Source: Corynebacterium glutamicum ATCC 13032
Lineage (GTDB): Bacteria > Actinomycetota > Actinomycetes > Mycobacteriales > Mycobacteriaceae
Direction: 5' to 3'
DNA length: 32,000 nt
NCBI RefSeq assembly: GCF_000011325.1
Contig: NC_003450.3
Span: 3,060,001-3,092,000, forward strand
Made by a program: the position numbers and the translations under genes. Positions 8,141-16,712 of the stretch are shown piece by piece. The notes under the pieces are model-generated. The model was given only the letters and a program-made list of their open reading frames with translations, was not told the origin of the DNA and made no database searches. How positions within the stretch are numbered: position 1 is the stretch's first letter; each line of letters starts with the position of its first letter.

Positions 8141-10003
8141 CTAGTTAGCTTGTTCCTGAATGTAGTTGCGCTGGTTGACGCGGCGTGCGATCTTTCCGGA
8201 GGAGGAACGCGCGATCTCGTCAGGTGCGAGGATACGGATCTCTTCTGGAACAACACCGTGTGCAGTGCCAACGGCGGAGCGGATTGCTTCTTCAGCAGCT
8301 GCATCGTCGGCTTCGTTTGCAGTGGTGTCGCGTTCTGCCAGGATGATGAGCTTTTCAATGTCATCGCCTGGGACTGCGAATGCTGCGACGGAATCTGCAC
8401 GGATGTGTGCGGAAGCAGCCTGGACGGTGTACTCGATGTCCTGTGGGTAGTGGTTTCGGCCTGCGACAACGATGAGGTCCTTCAGACGACCGGTGATGTA
8501 GAGCTCGTTGTCTACGATGACGCCGAGGTCACCGGTGGCCATCCAGTAGTTGTCGTCGGCAGCACCTTCTGCGCGGGAGTTTTCTTCCAGGCGGGTGGTC
8601 AGACGGTTGCGGAAGGTTTCTGCGGTGTCTTCCTCGCGGTCGAGGTAACCTGCAGCAGTGTTTTCGCCGTGGGTCCAGATTTCGCCGATCTGGCCGTCTG
8701 CCAGCTCGGTTCCGGTTTCGGAATCAACGATGACCAGCTGCTGTGGGGCTGCAACCTGGCCGTTGGAGACGAAAGCAACAGCCTTGTTATTGCCCTTTTC
8801 TACAAGCTCAACGCGGTTTTCGGCCAAGGCCTCGCGGTCGAAGTAGGAGATCAGTGGGCGGTTTTCGGTCTGTGGGGTGGTGACCAGCAGGGATGCTTCT
8901 GCAAGACCGTAGGAAGGACGCAGGGTCTGAACAGGCAGGCCGTAAGGCTCGAAAGCTTCACGGAAGGTGGTCAGAGCGTTTTCTGTGACTGGCTCGGAAC
9001 CGATAATGATGGCATCCAATGCGGAAAGATCCAGGGTCTCTCCCTCTGCTGGCTTTGCGTAGCGTGCTGCAAGCTCGAGGGCGAAGTTAGGAACCACGGT
9101 GTAGACGTTAACGTCCACGTCGCTTTCGCGACGGTTGAGCTGCTTAATCCAGCGGGAAGGCTGCTGCACGAAATCGCGTGGGTTCATGAACTCGTTGTCC
9201 AGGCCAAGCATAGTGACAAACGCCGCGAGGATAATGCCCATGTCGTGGTGCAGTGGCAGCCATGAAACCAGGCGCAGTGGGGTTTTCAGCTGTGCGGCGC
9301 TGAAGATCTGCAAGACGTTGGTCAGGATGGAGCGGTTGGTCAGAACAACGCCAGCTGGGGTTCGGGTGGAGCCGGAGGTGTACTGCAGGAATGCGGTCAG
9401 ATCAATGGGCGCGGACTGGCGCAGAGCAGCCAGGCGGCGGCCGGCTTCGGTCAGCATTGGGTTCTCGTAAGAATCCGCGAGAGAATCAGGCAAGGAATCT
9501 ACAGAGAGGATGCGTGGGCGTTCTGCAGCTGGAAGGCTGGAGAAGTGCTTGCGCACGGCACCTGCGGACTTGGAGTTGGTCAGAACGACAACTGGCTCGC
9601 TGTCTGCGAAAACAGCGTTGAGGTGGTCTGCGTGTCCTGGCTCGTTTGGATCATAAAGCGGCACAGGGACCATGCCAGCGTAGATCGCGCCGAGGAAGCT
9701 GAAAATGTACTCAGGGCTGTTGTTAGCCAGGATCGCTGCACGATCACCCAGGGTGGCGACCTGCTGCAAACGGCCTGCTACAGCCTTGATACGAGTATCG
9801 ATCTCGTTTCGGGTGTACTGAATCAGCTTGCCATCGCGGTCTTCGGAGAAGTCCCAGAAATGCATGCGTGGTTTATCCCCGCCGCCTTCAGCGATGTCAG
9901 CCTGGTACATGAACTCACCCATGGCTGCCAAAGTTAGGAATGGAGGAAGGTTGATTTCTCCATTCTCATCGAAGAATGAACCAATCGCTTTATCTAAATC
10001 CAT
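8141..10003 (-). CDS. fadD32: Fatty acyl-AMP ligase FadD32 (activates the meromycolate-type chain for Pks13)
   Basis: 620 aa with adenylate-forming motifs (YTSGSTRTPAGV, ATGDLG, GRLKD). Synteny is directly upstream of pks13. SD AAGAGGGG precedes the ATG. Confidence 0.95.
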   Translation of the reverse strand: MDLDKAIGSFFDENGEINLPPFLTLAAMGEFMYQADIAEGGGDKPRMHFWDFSEDRDGKLIQYTRNEIDTRIKAVAGRLQQVATLGDRAAILANNSPEYIFSFLGAIYAGMVPVPLYDPNEPGHADHLNAVFADSEPVVVLTNSKSAGAVRKHFSSLPAAERPRILSVDSLPDSLADSYENPMLTEAGRRLAALRQSAPIDLTAFLQYTSGSTRTPAGVVLTNRSILTNVLQIFSAAQLKTPLRLVSWLPLHHDMGIILAAFVTMLGLDNEFMNPRDFVQQPSRWIKQLNRRESDVDVNVYTVVPNFALELAARYAKPAEGETLDLSALDAIIIGSEPVTENALTTFREAFEPYGLPVQTLRPSYGLAEASLLVTTPQTENRPLISYFDREALAENRVELVEKGNNKAVAFVSNGQVAAPQQLVIVDSETGTELADGQIGEIWTHGENTAAGYLDREEDTAETFRNRLTTRLEENSRAEGAADDNYWMATGDLGVIVDNELYITGRLKDLIVVAGRNHYPQDIEYTVQAASAHIRADSVAAFAVPGDDIEKLIILAERDTTANEADDAAAEEAIRSAVGTAHGVVPEEIRILAPDEIARSSSGKIARRVNQRNYIQEQAN

Positions 10004-10107
10004 GTGAACCCCTCTTACAATTCTTTAATGACTATTGTGACCATCGACAAAGATGAACATTTTATTACTTTTGCAAACTAACACTACTTGAGCGAGTGAC
10101 CGTTCCT

Positions 10108-10146
10108 CCAACAAAAGACGAAGGGCTCGCCGTTTAAGGCGAGCCC
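10108..10146 (-). terminator. Rho-independent terminator of the cop1-lipoprotein-elrF unit
   Basis: GGGCTCGCC / GGCGAGCCC 9-bp GC-rich stem with a 6-nt loop. On the minus strand it is followed by TTCGTCTTTTGTT. A second small hairpin (ACGTCC/GGACGT, about 10176-10194) precedes it. Confidence 0.75.
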
Positions 10147-10211
10147 CTGCGCAAAACCTCAAGCTTTAGCGCACAACGTCCGGGAGGTGGACGTCGAAAA
10201 GCGAAAAAGCT

Positions 10212-11141
10212 TTATCCGTTGTCGATGAGGTTGGTCGCCCAATCCACAACCCACGCATTGGTGGTTGTGCCTGGGAAAACATCCGGATTGGTGGCGTAGA
10301 GCGCGTGCACACCGTTGGCGGAGACCATGGCCAACGCACGATCAAGGGCGTTGCCGACATTCACCGGAGCATCACAGATCGCATCATTTGGAGCACAAAT
10401 ATCCTGCACCCGGTCGTTGAGCACACCGAAACCGCCCGCGCGCCCGCCACGCATGGTTGCGCCCGGAACAATCGGCTGCACCAGCAAGTTCAAAGGCTGC
10501 AGAGTAACCTCCGCGCCGATGCCATCCACAAACGTGCCTGGGAACTGGCCCACACCAGGCTCCCGGCGACCGTCAGCGATCAGGGCGACACCCCTGACGC
10601 TGTCAGCTGGAATAACACCTTGCTCTGAACCGATCTGAGCAGCCACATCGCCCGCAATGACCGCACCCTGGGAGAAACCAACGATGATGAACTCCGTGGC
10701 AGGGCACTCATTGTGAGTGTTGATCAGTTCCTCATTCATCTTCGCGGTGCCTTCATTGCGCGAATCATCATAGGACATCTCATTTTGCGAGTTGATGTTG
10801 CGGAACTGCGCAGTGTACGGCAGCGTCCACACCTTGACGTCATCCGCAGAATAACGCTCCTGCAGTGGCTGAGTGATGCTCAACATGAATGACAGCGGAT
10901 TAGCGGTCGGGTTGATCGGATCATCATTAGCAGCCGACTCCCACGTACCCGGCGCGGCAATGACTTCTACCGCAGGGCACCAATCAGGTTGAACCGGTGG
11001 TTCCGTGGTTTCGGTACCGGTTGGCTCGCCAGGCTGGCCAATGAAATCTGAGTCATCGGATGTGTTCACATACTGCACGATGCCCACGCCGATTAAGGCG
11101 AGGACGATCAATACAGCAATAACGGTGATGGTTTTCCTCAT
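10212..11141 (-). CDS. elrF: Cutinase-like serine esterase of the mycolate cluster (Rv3802c/Culp6-type; envelope lipid regulation factor)
   Basis: 309 aa with an N-terminal membrane anchor (VIAVLIVLALIGVGIV) and the cutinase nucleophile motif GFSQGA. The position between the mycolyltransferases and fadD32 is conserved in Corynebacteriales. Confidence 0.85.
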   Translation of the reverse strand: MRKTITVIAVLIVLALIGVGIVQYVNTSDDSDFIGQPGEPTGTETTEPPVQPDWCPAVEVIAAPGTWESAANDDPINPTANPLSFMLSITQPLQERYSADDVKVWTLPYTAQFRNINSQNEMSYDDSRNEGTAKMNEELINTHNECPATEFIIVGFSQGAVIAGDVAAQIGSEQGVIPADSVRGVALIADGRREPGVGQFPGTFVDGIGAEVTLQPLNLLVQPIVPGATMRGGRAGGFGVLNDRVQDICAPNDAICDAPVNVGNALDRALAMVSANGVHALYATNPDVFPGTTTNAWVVDWATNLIDNG

Positions 11142-11144
11142 CGG

Positions 11145-11645
11145 TTAACAATACGTCCGATCCGCAGATTCCTTCAGCAGCGTAGAAATTTCCGCTGCTT
11201 GATCTTCCTTCACGCTGGTGCGTCCCTGCACGATGAGCTGGCCTGCAACCGCATCGACAGTGACGTTTTGGTCCTTGTTTTCCGAACTGCAGTAATTTCG
11301 CGCAGTCGCAATCAACTGGTCCTCCACGCCGGAGATGTCGATTTTTTCATCTTTCAGCGCATCCAGGAACGCTTGCGCCTCAGCGCTGCGTTCCACGGTC
11401 ACCTCGGGCAGGCCGTCGATTTCCTCGGCTGCCCCGTCCCGGGCTGTGCTTCCGCCGCTTCCATTGCTTTGCGACGCCTGACTGCTGCGTTCGGTCGACC
11501 TTGCGGTGCTGCTTGACCCAGCGCTGCTTTCTGTTGGGGCTGCCGTTGTCGAGGGAGAATCATCTCCTTCAACAGTGACTCCCCCACAAGCAGCAAGGCT
11601 CAGGCACAAAAGTCCGGAAGCGAGAGTTGCGTAGATGCGCTTCAC
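11145..11645 (-). CDS. Lipoprotein with Ser/Thr/Ala-rich linker and DUF732-like two-cysteine C-terminal domain
   Basis: 166 aa. Signal peptide plus lipobox (LSLAAC/GG). The C-terminal FLDAL...NYC...RTYC pattern fits DUF732. GTG start 2 nt after the cop1 stop, with GAGGAG 11 nt upstream; the gene stops 3 nt before the elrF ATG. Confidence 0.75.
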   Translation of the reverse strand: MKRIYATLASGLLCLSLAACGGVTVEGDDSPSTTAAPTESSAGSSSTARSTERSSQASQSNGSGGSTARDGAAEEIDGLPEVTVERSAEAQAFLDALKDEKIDISGVEDQLIATARNYCSSENKDQNVTVDAVAGQLIVQGRTSVKEDQAAEISTLLKESADRTYC

Positions 11646-11647
11646 TA

Positions 11648-13621
11648 TTAGCGAGACTCCTCAATTCGGCCATTGACCTGACGGATGGTGCCGTTCTGGA
11701 AATCAATGGTCTGTCCACCCGCGGTGATTGCGGTCTGGTCAGAGGTTGGGAAGCCGTATTCGCCCTGCTCCCAGCCCTTAGCACCCCATGCGTCGAAGAT
11801 GTCGCCGTGCAGAATCACGTGCGCGCCAGTGGATGCGGACCAGTAGATGTTGCCCTTTTCGAATTCCTGGAAAGCGCCACCGTTGATCAACTTCTCATTG
11901 CCGGTTGGGAAACCAAGCTGAGCGAAGATTCCGTCTTCGGCGTACTTCTTGGAGATTTCTCCGCGAACCCAGTAAGACTGGTTATTGGAGGTACGGAATA
12001 CGTAGCCACCTTCGAACTGCTGGCGCAGGCCACCGTTGTATTCAACTGCAGCGCCGGTTGGGTAGCCGAGGCTGCCCTTCTCATAGTCCTGGGTGCCCCA
12101 TGCGGCGAGCATATCGCCTGGGATTTCCCAAGGACCAGTGGTGGCGGTCCAGTAGATGGAGCCGTGCTCGAAGGTGACGAAGCGGCCACGTCCGTCTGGT
12201 GTCTTCAACTCAGAAGAGGTTGGGTAGCCCAACCAGGAGGCAGGTCCACCCAGCTCAGAGTAACGAGCGTTGATGCGTCCAACCAGGCCGAAAGCGCCAG
12301 TGTTTGCAGACCAGTATGCGCGACCGTTAGCGAAGTCCTGGGCCTTACCGCCGGTAACATCGTATTCGTTGGTCAGGCAGGTGCCCATCGCGCCATCCGC
12401 AACAGCGTCAGCGATTGCGCCGACAGGTGCACACTCAACGCCACGGTCCTCAGTGGACATGCCAAGAGCGTTAGCGATGTGAGGGAACGCCTGAGTCATC
12501 TCGAACTGCCAGTATTCCCATGAGTGCACGCCGGATGGACGGAAGCTAGCAACAACTTCCACGCCAGCCTGGCTTGCACGATCGACGAAGGTCTGGGAAG
12601 TCATACGGGAGATAACTTCCAGACCGACACCTGCTGCGTTTGCAGGTCCAATAGCTACAGAGCCTTCCTTACCGAAGTCATCTGCACCGTTACCAGAGGA
12701 AACGTAGATGGTCTTGCCCTTGAGCTTGTCTACGTTGCTCTTTGGATCGTTTTCCTGCCAGCGCTCAGAACCGACTGGTCCCCACATTGCGTTGGCATCG
12801 TATCCGCCGGCGTCTGCCAGGGCTGCGGAAATAGCGATTGGCATGCCAGCGGAGGTGGTGTCCAGATAGCCGGAGAAGGAACCGACGAACTTAAACATGT
12901 CTGGGTGGTGGGTTGCGATGTTAACCGCAGCGGTACCGCCCATGGAGATACCGGTGATGGCGCGATCGGTGTTAGAACGGAAACCCTTGTCCAGGATCGG
13001 TGCGAGCTCCTGAGTCAGGAAGGTCTCCCACTGGTAGTTCTTGCCGTTGTTTGGCCCTTCCCAGTCAGAGTAGAAGGAGCTCTCGCCACCGACAGGGAGC
13101 ACAACAATGGCGTTCTTATCGGCGTAGTACTGCTCAATGTTGGTCTCAATGGTCCAACCACTCTGCTCTTCAATCGCGCGCAGACCGTCAAGTGCCCAGA
13201 TTTCAGGGAACTCACGGTTCGGGGAAGAGTACCAGTCACGCGGAAGCAGCAGCTGCACCTTGATTGGGCGCTCTGGCATTGCTGCAGACTGAATAGTCAA
13301 AATGACATGCTTGGAGGTTGCCCACTCAGCGCTGATCACGCGCACACCATCAGGCAGCCCGGCGATCTCTGGGTAGGTGACTTCACCAGCAGGAAGCTCT
13401 TCGACGCGAGGCTTCAGGTAGTCAGTCAGGCCATCGGTGACGCCCTGCGCGATGCTGCCAATAACGGCATCAGAGGAAAGGTTGCTGGACTGAGCCGAAG
13501 CCATAGGTGCCAGGGACATAGTCAACGCAATTGCGGTTGGGACAGCGCCTGCTGCAATCCAGAGGGAACGGCGCTTAGCCTGAGCTTTAGCCTTGATGGA
13601 ACGAAATGCGGTGTCGCGCAT
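11648..13621 (-). CDS. cop1: Secreted trehalose corynomycolyl transferase PS1 (Ag85-like esterase domain plus C-terminal LGFP repeats)
   Basis: 657 aa. Long signal peptide [25 protein letters not shown]...MASAQS. Esterase nucleophile GISMGG. Four LGFP-type repeats. Length and N-terminus match my memory of C. glutamicum PS1 (csp1/cop1). Confidence 0.92.
11651..12270 (-). repeat. Four tandem LGFP-type cell-wall-binding repeats (protein level) in the PS1 C-terminus
   Basis: The motifs [27 protein letters not shown] and EYGFPTSDQ each sit in a repeat of about 50 aa ending F(E/Q)xGxIY/W. Confidence 0.8.
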
Positions 13622-13956
13622 GAAGTTTTCCTTCTCATTTTGATTTTTGGATACTGCGCACAGGCCCGCAATGAGTTAGATCCGTCCCGAAAGTTCCCCG
13701 CTTCCGGCCCGACAAACACACGTGGGCTATGCCTTGAGAGTCTTCAGTTCTTTTCAGTCTGTCGTGATCTTAGTCCAGAAGGTTACACATGTGGGTATGT
13801 AACTCTTCTGATGCAGGTCACAACTTCAGAATGACCTCAATCTTAAGTTCAACTTTAGACTTTTTTCAATGCCACGCCGGGAATCCGCAAGACTCGCAGC
13901 ATTTCCCCTCCACCTTTTCGCATTTCGCTGAATTTTTCAATCCGCCCCTCCGCTTC

Positions 13957-14013
13957 CTGTGGATAACTTTTCACCCCAGGGCGCGGATCACTTCGGATCT
14001 GTGGATAACTTTT
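13957..14013 (+). promoter_or_regulatory. 15-bp direct repeat CTGTGGATAACTTTT x2, spaced 42 bp apart, each containing a perfect DnaA-box 9-mer (TGTGGATAA = complement of TTATCCACA)
   Basis: Copies at 13957-13971 and 13999-14013; the 9-mers are at 13958-13966 and 14000-14008. They lie 70 and 112 bp upstream of the HNH gene start. Confidence 0.45.
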
Positions 14014-14077
14014 AAGGCCCTTGTTTTCCCCTTGAAGCTTCGGTTGTGTGGAAAACAGAAAAGGAGGGGAAAACAAA

Positions 14078-15451
14078 ATGCAAGAAATCCACACCATCAT
14101 GAAACACATGGACGCGCTCATCGCCGACCCGTCCGCCGCCGCATTCAAAGCAACACTCCCCTTCGCCGAACTCCTCGAAAAGCTCCACAACAAAAAAGCG
14201 CTTTTCGACGCCGCCCTCGCCAAATCCGCCGAGCGCGCCGATGCCGGACGCATCATCGGAAAAACCTCCCACATCGATGCCCTCGCGTACCTTCTCGACA
14301 TCTCCAAATCCGAAGCATTCCGACGCACAAAACGCGCCGAAGAACACTACGGCAACCCAAGCCCGGAACCCAGTTCAGAAGAACTCGCGAAAGAAACCCC
14401 CGAAGAGAAGCTAGCCAGAGAAGAAAAAGAGAAACAAGACCTAGCCGAACAAGCAGAAGCCAACCGCATCGCCCGCGAACACGGCATCTCCGCCGAAAAA
14501 CAAGACACCATCCGCTACGAACTAGAAAAACTCAACGACAACACATCCCTATCCCGAGCCTCACTCCGCAAACTAGCAATGCAGGAAGCCACCAGCCGAA
14601 CCCCCGAAGACCTACGCAACTGGACCCGCAACAAAGTTATCCGCATAAACCCCACCGCCAAAGACCCACTCGCCGCAGTAAAGAAACGCTCCTTAAGCAT
14701 CGGACGCCAAGACCACGACGGCGGAGCCAAAGCATCCCTCTATTTAGATGCCAAAGGTCTAGCCCTGCTCAAATCACTGATGTCTAAAGCCAAGCCGGGG
14801 CATTTGCTTGAAGACTCTTTGGCGGAGGATAAACGTACGAAACCGCAACGCCAATACGATGCCTTCGCCGACATCCTCCACCGCGCACACAGCGATCTCC
14901 TCCCCGCACGATCCGGAGTGGGCACCATCCTCGTCTCCCTCTCCGCCAAAGACGTAACAAACCTCAAAGCATCGGGCCCCGACCACCGCTACCCCACCAG
15001 CACCGGCATAAAACTCACACCGCTTGAGATCCTGCGACTCGGTGCAGCCAAATATGACTTCGTGACCGTCCTCGACTCCGAATCCGGCCGTCCGCTGCAC
15101 CTGGCACGCACTCAACGCACCGCCAGCCTGTATCAACGCCTAGCCCTCTTCGCCTCCGAACTCGTCTGCACCCGCGAAGGCTGCGACTCCCCCTTCGAAG
15201 ACAACGAAATACACCACATCAGATCCTGGCTAGACGGCGGCCCCACAGACATAGAAAACATCACCAACATCTGCCCCCACGACCACGGAAACAACAACGA
15301 CCAACGCGACGGCAAAGACAACATGGGGCACATGAACATAGATCCCACAACCGGGCGCGTCGGATATCAACCCGCCGACCGCCGAAAACCCATGCGGTTT
15401 AACAACACCGCAGCCGCAGCAGAATCAGGAGGAGCACAGGCCAGGACCTAA
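14078..15451 (+). CDS. DUF222 / HNH endonuclease-domain protein (13E12-repeat-family-like), probably horizontally acquired
   Basis: ATG at 14078 preceded by AAGGAGG; the ORF track's GTG at 14048 lies upstream of that SD. The C-terminal HNH region is CTREGCDSPFEDNEIHHIRSWLDGGPTDIENITNICPHDH. The coding strand is strongly C/A-rich and G-poor, with codons rare in the neighbours (CTA, AGA, CCC). Confidence 0.8.
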   Translation: MQEIHTIMKHMDALIADPSAAAFKATLPFAELLEKLHNKKALFDAALAKSAERADAGRIIGKTSHIDALAYLLDISKSEAFRRTKRAEEHYGNPSPEPSSEELAKETPEEKLAREEKEKQDLAEQAEANRIAREHGISAEKQDTIRYELEKLNDNTSLSRASLRKLAMQEATSRTPEDLRNWTRNKVIRINPTAKDPLAAVKKRSLSIGRQDHDGGAKASLYLDAKGLALLKSLMSKAKPGHLLEDSLAEDKRTKPQRQYDAFADILHRAHSDLLPARSGVGTILVSLSAKDVTNLKASGPDHRYPTSTGIKLTPLEILRLGAAKYDFVTVLDSESGRPLHLARTQRTASLYQRLALFASELVCTREGCDSPFEDNEIHHIRSWLDGGPTDIENITNICPHDHGNNNDQRDGKDNMGHMNIDPTTGRVGYQPADRRKPMRFNNTAAAAESGGAQART

Positions 15452-15465
15452 GTTTTTAGCGCGCC

Positions 15466-15505
15466 AAAAAGCCCACTGCAATAGTACAGTGGGCTTTTGA
15501 TTTTG
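15466..15505. terminator. Bidirectional rho-independent terminator between the HNH gene and cmt2
   Basis: AAAAGCCCACTG / CAGTGGGCTTTT 12-bp stem with an 8-nt loop, and T-runs on both strands. Confidence 0.8.
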
Positions 15506-15537
15506 GTGTGGCCTTTGGTGTGGCCTTTGGTGTGGCT
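15502..15537. repeat. 12-bp tandem repeat x3 (TTTGGTGTGGCC; minus strand GGCCACACCAAA)
   Basis: Copies at 15502-15513, 15514-15525 and 15526-15537; the last base of the third copy differs. The repeat directly abuts the cmt2 stop codon (15538-15540) and precedes the terminator on the minus strand. Confidence 0.85.
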
Positions 15538-16563
15538 CTACCAGGCGTTCATGACGTCTAGAACACGACCCTGAGTTCTCTCCAGCTGGGAGTTGAACTG
15601 AGCCCAGCCGTGAATGCCATACATTGGGTAATCCGCAGTTGGGTTCAGACCCTGAAGCCTTGCCTTTGCTTCCCAAATCCTGGTGGATGTCATTGCCACG
15701 AATTCAAGCACAGAACCAGTGAGGCGGTGGTCTACGCGAACTCCATCATCCTGAGGGCTCCACAGGCCGGAAGCTGCAGAGATGTAGACGTCGGTGTTAG
15801 CCAAGCCGCCCATGTTCCAGAATGGGTCGTTTTCAAAACGACGTGGGTTAATGATTGAGCCATACATTGCGTTGACGTTGAATCCACCGGTGTCCAGCAT
15901 GGCCAGACGCAGCAGGGTTTGCATGCCTGGTGCAGTGGTGTTCAAGTAGCCGGACCAAGACATAGCCTGGCGGAACTGATCTGGGTGCTTTGCTGCGAGG
16001 TTCAGCGCGGCAGTTCCGCCCATGGACAGGCCACCAATGGAGTTGTTGTTTCGCGCAACGCCGAAGTTCTGCTCAAGGTATGCAGGCAATTCCTGGGTAA
16101 GGAAAGTCTCCCACATGTAGATGACAGGATCGGAGGAGGAAAGAGATGCCTGGGAGTTCCAGTCAGCATAGAAGGAACCTGCGCCACCAACTGGCATCAC
16201 GAGGGTGATGTTGTTTGGTGCGTAGAGGCGCGCAGCGTTGGTATCCACGAGCCATGCGTTTGAGTACTCAGTAGCGCGCATACCATCGAGCAGGTACAGG
16301 CCAGCGTTTCCGCCACGCCCTGCAGGCTGGATCTGGACAGGAATGTTGCGGCCCATTGCAGGCGACCAAACATCACAGCGCTGAACCCAGAAGCCCACAG
16401 CATCCCAGTCACAGTAACCAGAGTTATCTGCGCGCAACCAGTCACGGTTTGCAGCTTGTGCGGTGCCTTGTCCAACAACCATGAGGGCTGCCGCGGTGGC
16501 AAGAGCCACTACAAGGGCGACGAGCTTACGGCTTGCCTCGCCAGCTCGTGTAAATACGGACAT
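15538..16563 (-). CDS. cmt2: Trehalose corynomycolyl transferase (Ag85/esterase D family)
   Basis: 341 aa with a signal peptide ending GTAQA/AN and the nucleophile motif GLSMGG. Strong SD GGAGGAGAATT before the ATG. It is a paralogue of the cop1 N-terminal domain. Confidence 0.88.
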   Translation of the reverse strand: MSVFTRAGEASRKLVALVVALATAAALMVVGQGTAQAANRDWLRADNSGYCDWDAVGFWVQRCDVWSPAMGRNIPVQIQPAGRGGNAGLYLLDGMRATEYSNAWLVDTNAARLYAPNNITLVMPVGGAGSFYADWNSQASLSSSDPVIYMWETFLTQELPAYLEQNFGVARNNNSIGGLSMGGTAALNLAAKHPDQFRQAMSWSGYLNTTAPGMQTLLRLAMLDTGGFNVNAMYGSIINPRRFENDPFWNMGGLANTDVYISAASGLWSPQDDGVRVDHRLTGSVLEFVAMTSTRIWEAKARLQGLNPTADYPMYGIHGWAQFNSQLERTQGRVLDVMNAW

Positions 16564-16712
16564 AATTCTCCTCCGGCAAAAATTGATATGTACCCATCGG
16601 CGGTATGGACCGCTGATACCTCTCGATGCCTATCTTGTTTTTCCGCCCACACGTTACCAAGTTGTGACACTCTTGGGTAGTTATCACAGCCCAATGATTT
16701 GCGAATAAGTGT

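Noticed and set aside
8007-8144. 45-aa ORF on the + strand (MEFIEKLHLTIPLMFLLMFPLCTKPKEPRRILLKIHRGPAVSAKN) in the fadD32-pks13 spacer.
   Set aside because: It is rich in codons rare in the neighbours (ATA, CTA x2, CGA, CGG). It runs straight through the fadD32 terminator hairpin and into the fadD32 3' end. Only a distant weak SD is present.
13719-13794. Short palindromes CACGTG (about 13719-13726) and CACATGTG (13787-13794) in the cop1 upstream region.
   Set aside because: Palindromes of 6-8 bp are expected by chance in a 450-bp intergenic region. No repetition or positional logic relative to a mapped promoter could be established.
13789-14787. 332-aa Arg/Pro/Thr-rich ORF overlapping the 5' half of the HNH gene in another frame.
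   Set aside because: It is an artefact of the extreme C/A bias of this segment, where few stop codons are possible. It has no SD and an implausible composition. The DUF222/HNH frame has a strong SD and a recognisable nuclease motif.
13840-15458. TAAGTT hexamers near both ends of the HNH segment, considered as possible target-site duplications.
   Set aside because: They are only 6 bp with non-matching flanks. That is not distinguishable from chance, so no element boundaries are claimed.
15502-15537. Possibility that the 12-bp repeats represent a CRISPR array or minisatellite-encoded peptide (the HQRPHQRP in ORF 15425-15676).
   Set aside because: The units are contiguous with no spacers and far too short for CRISPR, and no cas genes are present. 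The overlapping 83-aa ORF has no SD and spans a terminator.
16663-16688. TGTGA-N16-TCACA inverted repeat upstream of cmt2, reminiscent of CRP/GlxR half-sites.
   Set aside because: The GlxR/CRP consensus has a 6-nt spacer (TGTGA-N6-TCACA). Here the spacer is 16 nt and the arms are only 5 bp, which is compatible with chance.
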